DNA of 29,819 nt from Polaromonas sp. (GCA_043749385.1 JAYVDN010000214.1:1-29819), one strand, 5' to 3'; positions 8,070 to 17,910 are shown, counted from the stretch's first letter. The notes: generated by a model from the sequence alone, not told the origin. Numbers and translations: made by a program.

Positions 8070-8843
8070 TCAGGCGTGGCCTGCGCCTAAGTAGGCTTCA
8101 ATCACTTTTTCATTTTTTTGCACTTCAGCAGGCGTGCCTTCGGCAATTTGCTTGCCATAGTCCAGTACGGTCACGCGGTCGCACAGGCCCATCACCAGCT
8201 TCACGTCGTGCTCAATCAACAGAATAGTGCGGTTGTCTTTGCGGATCTGGTCGATCAGCTCGCGCAGCAGTACCTTCTCGGTGGCGTTCATGCCTGCGGC
8301 GGGCTCGTCCAGCGCAATCAGCTGCGGGTCGGTGGCAAGCGCCCGGGCAATTTCCAGGCGGCGTTGGTCGCCGTAGCTTAGTGTGCGGGCTTTGTAGTCG
8401 GCAAACTTGCCTATGCCTACGTAGTCCAGCAGCTCTTGGGCGCGCTTGGCAATGGCGGCTTCTTCCTGCCGCGCAGCGGGGGTGCGAAACAGCGCGCCCA
8501 GCACGCCCGCGTGGGTGCGCACATGGCGGCCTACCATCACGTTTTCCAAGGCCGTCATTTCGTTGAACAAGCGGATGTTTTGGAAGGTGCGTGCAATGCC
8601 TGCCTTGGCCACCTCATGCACCGCGCTAGGCGTGTAGGGCTTGCCTGCCAGCTCAAAGCTGCCGCTGTCGGGCGTGTACAGGCCGGTCAGCACGTTGAAG
8701 AAGGTGGTTTTGCCTGCGCCGTTGGGGCCGATCAGGCCGTACACCTGGCCGCGCTGGATGGTGATGCCTACATCGCTTAAGGCCTGCAGGCCGCCAAAGC
8801 GTTTGGAGACGCCGCCTACTTTGAGAACTGTGTCTGAAGTCAT
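8070..8843 (-). CDS. livG: Branched-chain amino acid ABC transporter ATP-binding protein
   Basis: FGGLQAL, GPNGAGKTT, ARTFQNIRLF, LSYGDQRR, LDEPAAG, VIEAYLG. Confidence 0.95.
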   Translation of the reverse strand: MTSDTVLKVGGVSKRFGGLQALSDVGITIQRGQVYGLIGPNGAGKTTFFNVLTGLYTPDSGSFELAGKPYTPSAVHEVAKAGIARTFQNIRLFNEMTALENVMVGRHVRTHAGVLGALFRTPAARQEEAAIAKRAQELLDYVGIGKFADYKARTLSYGDQRRLEIARALATDPQLIALDEPAAGMNATEKVLLRELIDQIRKDNRTILLIEHDVKLVMGLCDRVTVLDYGKQIAEGTPAEVQKNEKVIEAYLGAGHA

Positions 8844-8926
8844 AGTGCCCCCACGCTGGTCATTGCATGGTCGGCGCTGCCCCCCATGAGGGTCTTCGCA
8901 CCTTGAAGCGGTTCTGCGGTGTTCAT
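8840..8926 (-). CDS. Putative 28-aa small ORF between livM and livG (MNTAEPLQGAKTLMGGSADHAMTSVGAL)
   Basis: GGAGAA SD directly after the livM stop, ATG at 8926; its TGA overlaps the livG ATG (ATGA). Below the ORF-track cutoff. Confidence 0.45.
   Translation of the reverse strand: MNTAEPLQGAKTLMGGSADHAMTSVGAL
8847..8911. repeat. Probable degenerate copy of a second REP-like element (CCCCCACGCT...GCTGCCCCCC type)
   Basis: gcccccacgctg...cgctgcccccc resembles an intergenic repeat I recall from Comamonadaceae genomes. Single copy in this window, so it cannot be confirmed here. Confidence 0.35.
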
Positions 8927-8936
8927 TGAGTTCTCC

Positions 8937-10043
8937 CTATTTCGGTGCGTTTTGCAAAGACTTGCCATGCTCTGGCGAGGGCCACAAGCCTTTAGGCTTG
9001 AGTAGCACCACGGTGATCATGGCCAAGGCGATCAGCAACTGGCGCAGGATGGAAGCGTCCAGGCGGCCATCGGTCATGGCCTGCAAGGGGCCAGCGACAT
9101 AGCGCAGCACCTCCGGCAACGAGGACAGCAGCAGCGCGCCCAAAATCACACCTGGAATATGCCCCAGGCCACCCAGCACGATCATGGCCACAATCATCAC
9201 CGACTCCATCAGCGAGAACGACTCGGGCGACACAAAGCCCTGGAACGGGGCAAACATCGCCCCCGACACCCCCCCAAATGTAGCGCCCATGCCAAAGGCC
9301 AGCAGCTTCATATTGCGGGTGTTGATGCCCATGGCCTTGGCGGCAATTTCGTCTTCCCGAATCGCCATCCAGGCGCGGCCAATGCGCGACTTTTCCAAGC
9401 GGTAGCAAAGGAAAATAGCCAAGATGACCAAGGCTAAAAACAGGTAGTAGTAGAGCGACACGTTAGCGATGGTGAAGCCAAACACCTCCACCCGTTTACC
9501 CAGATCCAGGCCAAAAAACTTGACCGAATCGATTTGGTTGATACCTTTGGGCCCGTTGGTGATGTTGACCGGGTGGTCCAGGTTGTTGAGGAACACGCGG
9601 ATGATCTCGCCAAAACCCAAAGTGACGATAGCCAGGTAGTCACCGCGCAGCTTGAGCGTAGGCGCGCCCAGCAGCACGCCCAGCATGCCTGCCAGCAGGG
9701 CGGCCAGAGGAATCACCGCCCAGATAGGCAAATGCAAACCACCGGGGAACATGGCCGCAATAGCGGGGAAGGTGTCGGTTAAATGTGGCGAGGCCAGCAG
9801 GGCGTAGATGTAGGCTCCCAGCGCGTAAAACGCCACAAAGCCCAAGTCAAGCAGGCCGGCGTTGCCCACCACAATGTTCAGGCCGAGCGACAGCAAAATG
9901 TAGAGCAAGGCCACGTCCAAAATACGCACCCAGCCGCTGCCTGCTTGCTGCACGATCAGCGGCAGCACCAGCAGCGCCATGGCGCAAAAAACATAGAACG
10001 TCGTGCGCTGCTTGCCTTGCAGAGAATCAAACCATGTAGTCAT
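8937..10043 (-). CDS. livM: Branched-chain amino acid ABC transporter permease
   Basis: GLNIVVGNAGLLDLG, LKLRGDYLAIVTLGFGEI, RIGRAWMAIREDEIAA motifs. Confidence 0.95.
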   Translation of the reverse strand: MTTWFDSLQGKQRTTFYVFCAMALLVLPLIVQQAGSGWVRILDVALLYILLSLGLNIVVGNAGLLDLGFVAFYALGAYIYALLASPHLTDTFPAIAAMFPGGLHLPIWAVIPLAALLAGMLGVLLGAPTLKLRGDYLAIVTLGFGEIIRVFLNNLDHPVNITNGPKGINQIDSVKFFGLDLGKRVEVFGFTIANVSLYYYLFLALVILAIFLCYRLEKSRIGRAWMAIREDEIAAKAMGINTRNMKLLAFGMGATFGGVSGAMFAPFQGFVSPESFSLMESVMIVAMIVLGGLGHIPGVILGALLLSSLPEVLRYVAGPLQAMTDGRLDASILRQLLIALAMITVVLLKPKGLWPSPEHGKSLQNAPK

Positions 10044-10061
10044 TTTTGTGTCTCCCGGGGG

Positions 10062-10991
10062 TTAAGCGCGGTCTGCCACACGTTCACCCAGCAGGCCCGA
10101 GGGGCGCAAGGTCAACATGAAAATCAGCACCACAAAGGCCAAAATATCGACGTAATGGCTGCCCAACACGCCGCCGGTGAGGGTGCCCAAGTAGCCCGCA
10201 CCCAGAGATTCGATCAAACCCAGCAGCACACCGCCCACCACCGCGCCTGCCAGGTTACCAATGCCGCCAAACACGGCTGCGGTGAAGGCTTTAAGACCGG
10301 GCAAAAAGCCCATGGTGTGGTTGACCGTGCCGTAGTTGGCAGCCCACATCACCCCGGCAATGGCGGCCAAAATGGCGCCGATCACGAAGGTGGCCGAGAT
10401 CACCACATCGGGTTTCACCCCCATCAGGGCCGCCACGCGCGGGTTCTCGGCCGTGGCGCGCATGGCCCGCCCCAAGCTGGTGCGGTTCACGATGTACATC
10501 AGCACCGACAAGGAGATCACCGTGGTGGCCAGGATGATGATTTGCGTCTGCGTGATCACCGCGCCGCCAATGTCATAGGGCACCGATGCCAGCAGGTTGG
10601 GGTAGGGCTTGTAGTTGGGCTTCCAGATGATCATGGCCAGGGTTTGCAGCAAAATGCTCATACCAATGGCGCTGATCAAAGGGGCTAGGCGGGGGCTGTT
10701 GCGCAAGCTGCGGTAGGCCACCTTCTCAATTGTGAAGTTCAGCACCGCGCAGACCACGCAGGCAATGATGAGGGCCAGCAGCAAAATCAGCCAGCCGGGG
10801 GTGCCGGGCATGGATTCTTTCATCATGCCAATCACACTCCAGCTGGTCAGCGCGCCCACCATGAGCACCTCGCCGTGGGCAAAATTGATCAGGTTGATAA
10901 TGCCGTACACCATGGTGTAGCCGAGAGCGACTAGGGCGTACATACTGCCGAGGACCAGACCGTTGATGATCTGTTGCAGCAAAATTTCCAT
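10062..10991 (-). CDS. livH: Branched-chain amino acid ABC transporter permease
   Basis: NGLVLGSMYALVALGYTMVYGIINLINFAHGE, GRAMRATAEN, KAFTAAVFGGIG; GGAGA SD. Confidence 0.95.
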   Translation of the reverse strand: MEILLQQIINGLVLGSMYALVALGYTMVYGIINLINFAHGEVLMVGALTSWSVIGMMKESMPGTPGWLILLLALIIACVVCAVLNFTIEKVAYRSLRNSPRLAPLISAIGMSILLQTLAMIIWKPNYKPYPNLLASVPYDIGGAVITQTQIIILATTVISLSVLMYIVNRTSLGRAMRATAENPRVAALMGVKPDVVISATFVIGAILAAIAGVMWAANYGTVNHTMGFLPGLKAFTAAVFGGIGNLAGAVVGGVLLGLIESLGAGYLGTLTGGVLGSHYVDILAFVVLIFMLTLRPSGLLGERVADRA

Positions 10992-11048
10992 ATATTGTTC
11001 TCCGAGATGTAAAGCCAGTATGCACCTGTGATGCTAATTCTGGCTAGC

Positions 11049-11092
11049 AAAAAACCCGCCAAATTTTGACTTGTGGTCGCCATAGGCGGGTT
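11049..11092 (-). terminator. Terminator-like hairpin upstream of livH
   Basis: The minus strand reads AACCCGCC-24 nt-GGCGGGTT-TTTT. The long loop is atypical. Confidence 0.5.
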
Positions 11093-11200
11093 GGTGGGGG
11101 GATTGTAGCCAAGGGCTATGCCTGCGCGAGGCCTCGCTTTCCTCGATACGGCGGGGTTTACCCTCAAGGTACCAGCCGTATCAGCTGCATTATTTTAATA

Positions 11201-12487
11201 TTAGTTTTTCTTATTATTGAGTTTCTTCAGTTCACGTAGCTTATCAGCTATTTTGATCTCCAGCCCGCGCTCTACCGGGCGGTAAAACTCGTTGTGCATG
11301 CCCTCGGGTAAATAGGTCTCACCTGCCGCAAAGCCGCCGTCTTCGTTGTGCGCGTAGCGGTAGCCCTTGCCATAGTCCAGCTCTTTCATCAGCTTGGTGG
11401 GGGCGTTGCGCAGGTGCATGGGCACCGGGCGGGTGCCGTCTTTTTTAATCCAGGCGCGGGCCTCGTTGTAGGCGGTGTACACGGCATTGCTTTTGGGCGC
11501 AATGGCCAGGTAAATCGCACACTCGGCCAGCGCCAGCTCACCCTCTGGGCTGCCCAGGCGCTCGTACACTTCAGCTGCATTGAGCGCAATTTGCAGGGCG
11601 CGCGGGTCGGCCAGGCCGATGTCTTCCGCCGCCATGCGGATCAAGCGGCGCGCCATGTATTTGGGCTCGGCCCCGCCGTCGAGCATGCGCACCAGCCAGT
11701 ACAGGGCGGCGTCAGGGTCAGAGCCGCGCACGCTTTTGTGCAGCGCGCTGATGGTGTCGTAAAACTGTTCGCCGCCCTTGTCGTAGCGGCGCATTTGCTG
11801 GCCCAGCACCTTGGTCAGCCACGCGTTGGTGATGCTGGTGATTTTCTCTTTGTCAGCCGCTACAAACAGCGTCTCCAGCGTGTTCAGCAGGCGGCGTGCA
11901 TCGCCATCGGCATAGGCTACAAGTTTCTTTACTGCTACAGGTTCTATAGCTGCTCCCGCGATATTTTGTTGGGCTCGGGCCATTATTTGTTCTAAATCAT
12001 CGTCTTTTAAGGGTTGCAGCACATACACGGCCGCGCGGGACAGCAGGGCCGAGTTCACCTCAAAGCTGGGGTTCTCGGTGGTGGCACCAATAAAGGTGAA
12101 CAGCCCGCTTTCCACATGCGGCAAAAAAGCATCCTGCTGGCTTTTGTTAAAGCGGTGCACCTCGTCTACAAACATGATCGTACGCCTGCCTTGGTCACGC
12201 CAGATGGTGGCTTGCTCAACTGCCTCCCGAATGTCTTTCACCCCGCCCAGCGTGGCGCTGATGGTAATAAAGTGCGCATCAAACGCACTGGCCATCAGCC
12301 GCGCAATCGTCGTCTTGCCCACCCCCGGCGGCCCCCACAGAATGCAGCTGTGCGGCACCCCAGATTCAAACGCCACTCGCAGCGACATACCCTCGCCTAG
12401 CAAGTGCTGCTGCCCAATCACCTCGCCCAGCGTTTTGGGTCGCAACTGCTCGGCCAGCGGCATGTGGGTAGGGGGGGCTTGGGTCAT
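11201..12487 (-). CDS. rarA: Replication-associated recombination protein A (AAA+ ATPase)
   Basis: PLAEQLRP, WGPPGVGKTT, FVDEVHRFNK, GATTENPSF, SALHKSVRGSD, EDIGLADP. Start revised to MTQAPP (12487); uncertain. Confidence 0.95.
   Translation of the reverse strand: MTQAPPTHMPLAEQLRPKTLGEVIGQQHLLGEGMSLRVAFESGVPHSCILWGPPGVGKTTIARLMASAFDAHFITISATLGGVKDIREAVEQATIWRDQGRRTIMFVDEVHRFNKSQQDAFLPHVESGLFTFIGATTENPSFEVNSALLSRAAVYVLQPLKDDDLEQIMARAQQNIAGAAIEPVAVKKLVAYADGDARRLLNTLETLFVAADKEKITSITNAWLTKVLGQQMRRYDKGGEQFYDTISALHKSVRGSDPDAALYWLVRMLDGGAEPKYMARRLIRMAAEDIGLADPRALQIALNAAEVYERLGSPEGELALAECAIYLAIAPKSNAVYTAYNEARAWIKKDGTRPVPMHLRNAPTKLMKELDYGKGYRYAHNEDGGFAAGETYLPEGMHNEFYRPVERGLEIKIADKLRELKKLNNKKN
11934..11981 (+). 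repeat. 48-bp dispersed repeat, copy c (inside rarA, antisense)
   Basis: gctacaggttctatagc tgctcccgcgatatttt gtt gggctcgggcc. Confidence 0.85.
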
Positions 12488-12647
12488 GCACAGCATTTTA
12501 GGCGGCTGTAGGTCAAAACGATGGCCTTGTCGGCGAAGCAGAAGTCCTGAGCTACGAAGCACCCTAGGCGGCACTGGCGTTTGAGTTGTGGCCTCACTCC
12601 CGACGCCGCTGGGCCCACGCTGTTGATGCTACTTCTGCGTTTTTCGC

Positions 12648-12695
12648 ACTACATATTTCGTAGCTGCTCCCGCGATGTTCTATTGGCTCGCAGCC
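12648..12695 (+). repeat. 48-bp dispersed repeat, copy d
   Basis: actacatatttcgtagc tgctcccgcgatgttct att ggctcgcagcc; inverted partner of copy e. Confidence 0.85.
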
Positions 12696-12819
12696 CGATA
12701 CGTATCTAAAAAAGGCTCTAAAAATGCCAAATTTTCGGTTTTCTGCCGATTTTCAGGCTTTCAGAGCCTCCTGAGCCCTCCCAAATCGTGTTTTTGACCT
12801 GTTTTTCAGGTGCCAATCA

Positions 12820-12867
12820 GGCGGCAGACCAATAGAATATCGCGGGAGCAGCTACTTAATACATAGC
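12820..12867 (-). repeat. 48-bp dispersed repeat, copy e
   Basis: gctatgtattaagtagc tgctcccgcgatattct att ggtctgccgcc; 7 nt after the lolA stop. Confidence 0.85.
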
Positions 12868-12874
12868 ATATGTT

Positions 12875-13513
12875 TTACTGCTTGACCACGTCCACACCCG
12901 CTGGGGCTTTGAAGTTGAAGGTGTCCTGTGCCAAAGCAATGTTGGCCTCTACTTTTTGAAACTTCAGCACCGAGCGCTGGCCAAAGCTGTCCAAAATGTC
13001 GAGTGCGGCCAGCTCGCCCCCCGCCGTTTTAAAGCCGACGCGGATGCTTTGCAGGCTGCCCTCTTTGGCTTTGGGGGTGGCCAGCACCCAGCTCAGGCCG
13101 TCTTGGTCGGGGGCAGATTTGAGGCTGAAGTTTTGCTCCAGTGATTTGAGATCGGACGACGAGGCGATGATGGCTGCGGGCGTGTTGGCCAGCACAGCGG
13201 CTTGTTTGCTGCTAGTGACTTGGTTCAGGTCTACGTCGTACATCCACAGGGTTTGGCCGTCGGCTACCAGGGTTTGCTCAAAAGGTTTTTTGTAGACGAA
13301 CTTGAAGCGGTTGGGGCGGGCGAACTCGAAGTTGCCGGTGCTGGTTTTGACCTTGGGGGCTTGGCCGTCGCGGCCCGGCGAAGTCACAGTTTGGGTGAAC
13401 TCGGCGCGGCCAGACTGTGTGGATTTGAGGAAGCTTTCCAAGCTTTCCAGGCCACTAGCCCAGCAAAATGTCGCGGGAGCAGCTATTAAAAAAATAGCTA
13501 TTAAATTTCTCAT
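12875..13513 (-). CDS. lolA: Outer-membrane lipoprotein chaperone LolA
   Basis: FTQTV, GNFEFARPNRFKF, LVADGQTLWMYDVDLNQVT, TPAAII; position between ftsK and rarA. Start revised to MRNLIA (AAGGA SD). Confidence 0.92.
   Translation of the reverse strand: MRNLIAIFLIAAPATFCWASGLESLESFLKSTQSGRAEFTQTVTSPGRDGQAPKVKTSTGNFEFARPNRFKFVYKKPFEQTLVADGQTLWMYDVDLNQVTSSKQAAVLANTPAAIIASSSDLKSLEQNFSLKSAPDQDGLSWVLATPKAKEGSLQSIRVGFKTAGGELAALDILDSFGQRSVLKFQKVEANIALAQDTFNFKAPAGVDVVKQ
13451..13498 (-). repeat. 48-bp dispersed repeat, copy f (in LolA signal peptide)
   Basis: gctatttttttaatagc tgctcccgcgacatttt gct gggctagtggc. Confidence 0.85.
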
Positions 13514-13621
13514 GACTGCATCCTTCACGTTCACCCAAGGGTGTTTACAACTCTGCTTACTCGTCTGACATACCCATGCGACTTACCTAAACCACTTCAC
13601 GCTACAGTGCACCCACGCGGA

Positions 13622-16021
13622 TTACTCGTGCCTACCAGGCACCAAAATCTCGCGCTGCCCGCGGCCGTTCATGGCGGTGACCAGGCCAGCCTTTTCCATC
13701 GCCTCCAGCAAGTTGGCGGCTTTGTTGTAGCCAATGCTCAAATGCCGCTGCACCAAGGAGATGCTGGCCTTTTGGTTCTTCAGCACGATGTCCACGGCTT
13801 TGTCATACATCGGGTCTTTTTCCCCACCGCCTCCTTCGCCCTCTATCAGACTGCCTTCGTCGTCCACAGTTCCGCCTTCCAGCACGCCCTCAATGTAATT
13901 GGGCTCGCCTTGTTGCTTCAGATACGCTACAACGCGGTGGACCTCTTCGTCGCTGACAAAGGCCCCGTGTACGCGAATCGGCAGGCCGGTGCCGCTGGGC
14001 ATGTAAAGCATGTCGCCCATGCCCAGCAGGGCCTCGGCGCCCATTTGGTCGAGGATGGTGCGGCTGTCGATTTTGCTGCTGACCTGGAAGGCGATGCGGG
14101 TGGGGATGTTGGCCTTGATCAGGCCGGTAATCACGTCCACGCTGGGGCGTTGGGTGGCCAAAATCAGGTGAATACCAGCGGCGCGGGCTTTTTGCGCCAG
14201 GCGGGCGATCAGCTCTTCGATCTTTTTGCCCACCACCATCATCAGGTCGGCCAACTCGTCGATCACCACCACGATGTGGGGCAGGCGCTCCAGCGGCTCT
14301 GGGCTGTCGGGTGTGAGGGAGAAAGGGTTATAGATAAACTCGCCACGCGCTTTGGCGTCGTCCATCTTCACGTTGTAGCCGGCCAGGTTGCGCACGCCCA
14401 TTTTGCTCATCAACTTGTAGCGGCGTTCCATCTCCATCACGCACCAGTTCAGGCCGTTCGCCGCCTGGCGCATGTCGGTCACCACGGGGCATAGCAGGTG
14501 TGGAATACCCTCGTAGACGCTCATCTCCAGCATCTTGGGGTCGATCATCAGCATGCGCACGTCGCGGGCTTCTGCCTTGTACAGCAGGCTCAAAATCATG
14601 GCGTTGATACCCACCGATTTGCCCGAGCCGGTGGTGCCTGCTACCAGCACATGCGGCATCTTGGCCAGGTCGGCCACGATGGGCGCGCCCATGATGTCTT
14701 TGCCCAGGCCCATGGTGAGCAGGGACTTGCCTTCGTTGTAGACCTGCGAGCCGAGAATCTCAGACAGCTTGATGCTTTGGCGTTTGGCGTTGGGCAGCTC
14801 TAAAGCCATGTAGTTTTTGCCCGGAATGGTCTCCACCACGCGGATCGACACCAAAGACAGCGAGCGCGCCAAATCGCGCGCCAAGCCCACCACTTGCGAG
14901 CCTTTCACGCCAGTAGCAGGCTCAATCTCATAGCGCGTGATGACGGGGCCGGGCAGGGCCGCCACCACACGCACTTCGACGCCAAAGTCTTTGAGTTTTT
15001 TCTCAATCATCCGGCTGGTCATCTCCAGCGTTTCGGGCGCAACGGTTTCTTGGCGCAACTGCGCGCCGTCCAGCAAATCGACCTGCGGCAGTTTGCTGTC
15101 GGGCATCTCGCTGAACAGGGGTTTTTGGCGCTCTTTGGCGACGCGTGTGCTTTGGGGTACATCCACCAATACATCGACGAAGGTGGGCTCCAGCATCGGG
15201 CGCTGGGCCACTGGCATGATGAGGGGTGCAGGGTGCAGCTCTTCGCTCTCGGCGCGCTCGACGCTGACCACTTCTTCGCGCTCACGGGCAGCCTGGGTGC
15301 CCATGGCAATGTCTTGCGCTACTTCGCGCTTTTCGCGGCGCTGCTCCCACAGCTGGTAAAGCCAGGCACCCAGGCCGTCAGCCCAACGCGCCCAAGAAAA
15401 ACCAAAGGCCCACGCCGCGCCCACTACGCCAGCCGCAATACCCACTAAGGCCGAGCCGGTAAAGCCAAGCCATTTCACAGTGAAACTGCCCACCACGTAG
15501 CCCAATACACCACCCGCATGTCCTGGCAAGCGTGGCTCAAAGCGGTAAAGGCGCGACCATTCCAGCAAACAACTGGCCACCAGGAGCACCCCCAGGCCTA
15601 GCCAAAATATGGCGCGGGGGGGCAGGCCGAGCACCGCATGTGCATGGCCATCGTCGCTGGCATGGGTTTTGTGCGCACTGCCGCTGGGCAAGTTGCCCCT
15701 CAGCCAATCGCTTAAAGACGAGAGCCATGCCAAGCCAGAGGCCAGCAAGCACCACCACACCGAGTAGCCCAGCAAGTAAAAACTGCTGTCGGCGAGCCAA
15801 GCGCCCAGCTTGCCGCCCCAGTTGCGCACCGCGCCTGGCGCGCCAGAGCCAGAAGTAGACCAAGCGGCATCGGCTGGCGAGTGGCTTAGCAGTGCCACCA
15901 ACCAAAACACCAGCGCTACGGCGCCAATGATCAGGCCAATTTCGTGGGCAAATTTACGCCCCATGGGCGCGTTGCGCTGTGGGGTGGTACCGGATTTGAG
16001 AGTGTCAAGAGAATAAGTCAT
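13622..16021 (-). CDS. ftsK: DNA translocase FtsK
   Basis: N-terminal 4TM region, [41 protein letters not shown], gamma domain ([15 protein letters not shown]). Confidence 0.96.
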   Translation of the reverse strand: MTYSLDTLKSGTTPQRNAPMGRKFAHEIGLIIGAVALVFWLVALLSHSPADAAWSTSGSGAPGAVRNWGGKLGAWLADSSFYLLGYSVWWCLLASGLAWLSSLSDWLRGNLPSGSAHKTHASDDGHAHAVLGLPPRAIFWLGLGVLLVASCLLEWSRLYRFEPRLPGHAGGVLGYVVGSFTVKWLGFTGSALVGIAAGVVGAAWAFGFSWARWADGLGAWLYQLWEQRREKREVAQDIAMGTQAAREREEVVSVERAESEELHPAPLIMPVAQRPMLEPTFVDVLVDVPQSTRVAKERQKPLFSEMPDSKLPQVDLLDGAQLRQETVAPETLEMTSRMIEKKLKDFGVEVRVVAALPGPVITRYEIEPATGVKGSQVVGLARDLARSLSLVSIRVVETIPGKNYMALELPNAKRQSIKLSEILGSQVYNEGKSLLTMGLGKDIMGAPIVADLAKMPHVLVAGTTGSGKSVGINAMILSLLYKAEARDVRMLMIDPKMLEMSVYEGIPHLLCPVVTDMRQAANGLNWCVMEMERRYKLMSKMGVRNLAGYNVKMDDAKARGEFIYNPFSLTPDSPEPLERLPHIVVVIDELADLMMVVGKKIEELIARLAQKARAAGIHLILATQRPSVDVITGLIKANIPTRIAFQVSSKIDSRTILDQMGAEALLGMGDMLYMPSGTGLPIRVHGAFVSDEEVHRVVAYLKQQGEPNYIEGVLEGGTVDDEGSLIEGEGGGGEKDPMYDKAVDIVLKNQKASISLVQRHLSIGYNKAANLLEAMEKAGLVTAMNGRGQREILVPGRHE

Positions 16022-16102
16022 CGCTACGGTGAGCTTACCTTATCTCAACCCCTCACCTCCCTGAGGTTTGGTTTACAAGTCTTGCGACCGTTACCTCACG
16101 CT

Positions 16103-16777
16103 TTAGCCTAAAGCGTTGAGCCGTTCTTTGATCAACACCGAGTTGTTTTCCAGCGTTTCGATGTAGCCACGCTCTTCCAGGTCTTTCATCACGCGGCTGA
16201 CCATCTCGCGCGAGGCGCCGACCATTTTGGCCAAGTCTTGGCGCGAGACTTTGTCGCGGATCACAAGTTGTCCGTCGGCATCGGGTTCTGCCGCTTCAAT
16301 TAACGCACGGGCTACGCGTCCATAGACATCCATCAGCGCCAGCGACTCAATCTTGCGGTCGGCATGGCGCAGGCGTTGCACCAGGCCTTTCATCACGGCA
16401 TAGGCCATGGAAGTGTTCTCGGGCAGGCAGCGGGCAAACTCTACGCGGCCCAGCATCAGCACGTCGGTTTGCACCTCGGCACGTACGCTGGCAGAGTGGG
16501 ACTCGTTGTCAATCAGGCTCATCTCGCCAATATAGTCACCCGGGGAGAGGTTGGCCAAAATCACTTCGCGGCCACGGGCATCGGTGGTCAGTACGCGGGC
16601 GCGGCCTGTCAAAATGATGAACAGCGCGTTGGACTTTTTGCCCTGCTCTACGATCAGCTCGCCACGCTTGAAGCGCCGCTTGATGACGGCATCAGCCACA
16701 GACTCGGCTTGGCTGGGTGTCAGCATGGAAAATAACGGTACTCGGCGGATCAGCTCCAAATTCGATAACATTGACAT
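16103..16777 (-). CDS. Crp/Fnr family transcriptional regulator
   Basis: cNMP-binding fold (GELIVEQG, GEMSLID) and HTH SRQDLAKMVGASREMVSR. Start revised to MSMLSNL (GAGG SD). Confidence 0.92.
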   Translation of the reverse strand: MSMLSNLELIRRVPLFSMLTPSQAESVADAVIKRRFKRGELIVEQGKKSNALFIILTGRARVLTTDARGREVILANLSPGDYIGEMSLIDNESHSASVRAEVQTDVLMLGRVEFARCLPENTSMAYAVMKGLVQRLRHADRKIESLALMDVYGRVARALIEAAEPDADGQLVIRDKVSRQDLAKMVGASREMVSRVMKDLEERGYIETLENNSVLIKERLNALG

Positions 16778-16866
16778 GTTTAACCCTCTAATAATTTGAA
16801 CCAGCACACACGCGCATGACTATATTTACAAGTAGAACCAATTTACTGTATTCATCTAAGCCGTAA

Positions 16867-17910
<1,044 letters not shown>

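Noticed and set aside
10931-11083. 50-aa uORF as a Leu/Ile/Val attenuator peptide for livH
   Set aside because: No SD, no run of branched-chain codons, and it runs out of frame into livH.
13541-14494. Long antisense ORFs in the track (also 22723-23691, 28024-28839, 2199-2825, 11348-11995)
   Set aside because: They lie opposite well-conserved genes and have no recognisable motifs; these are typical shadow ORFs of GC-rich coding DNA.
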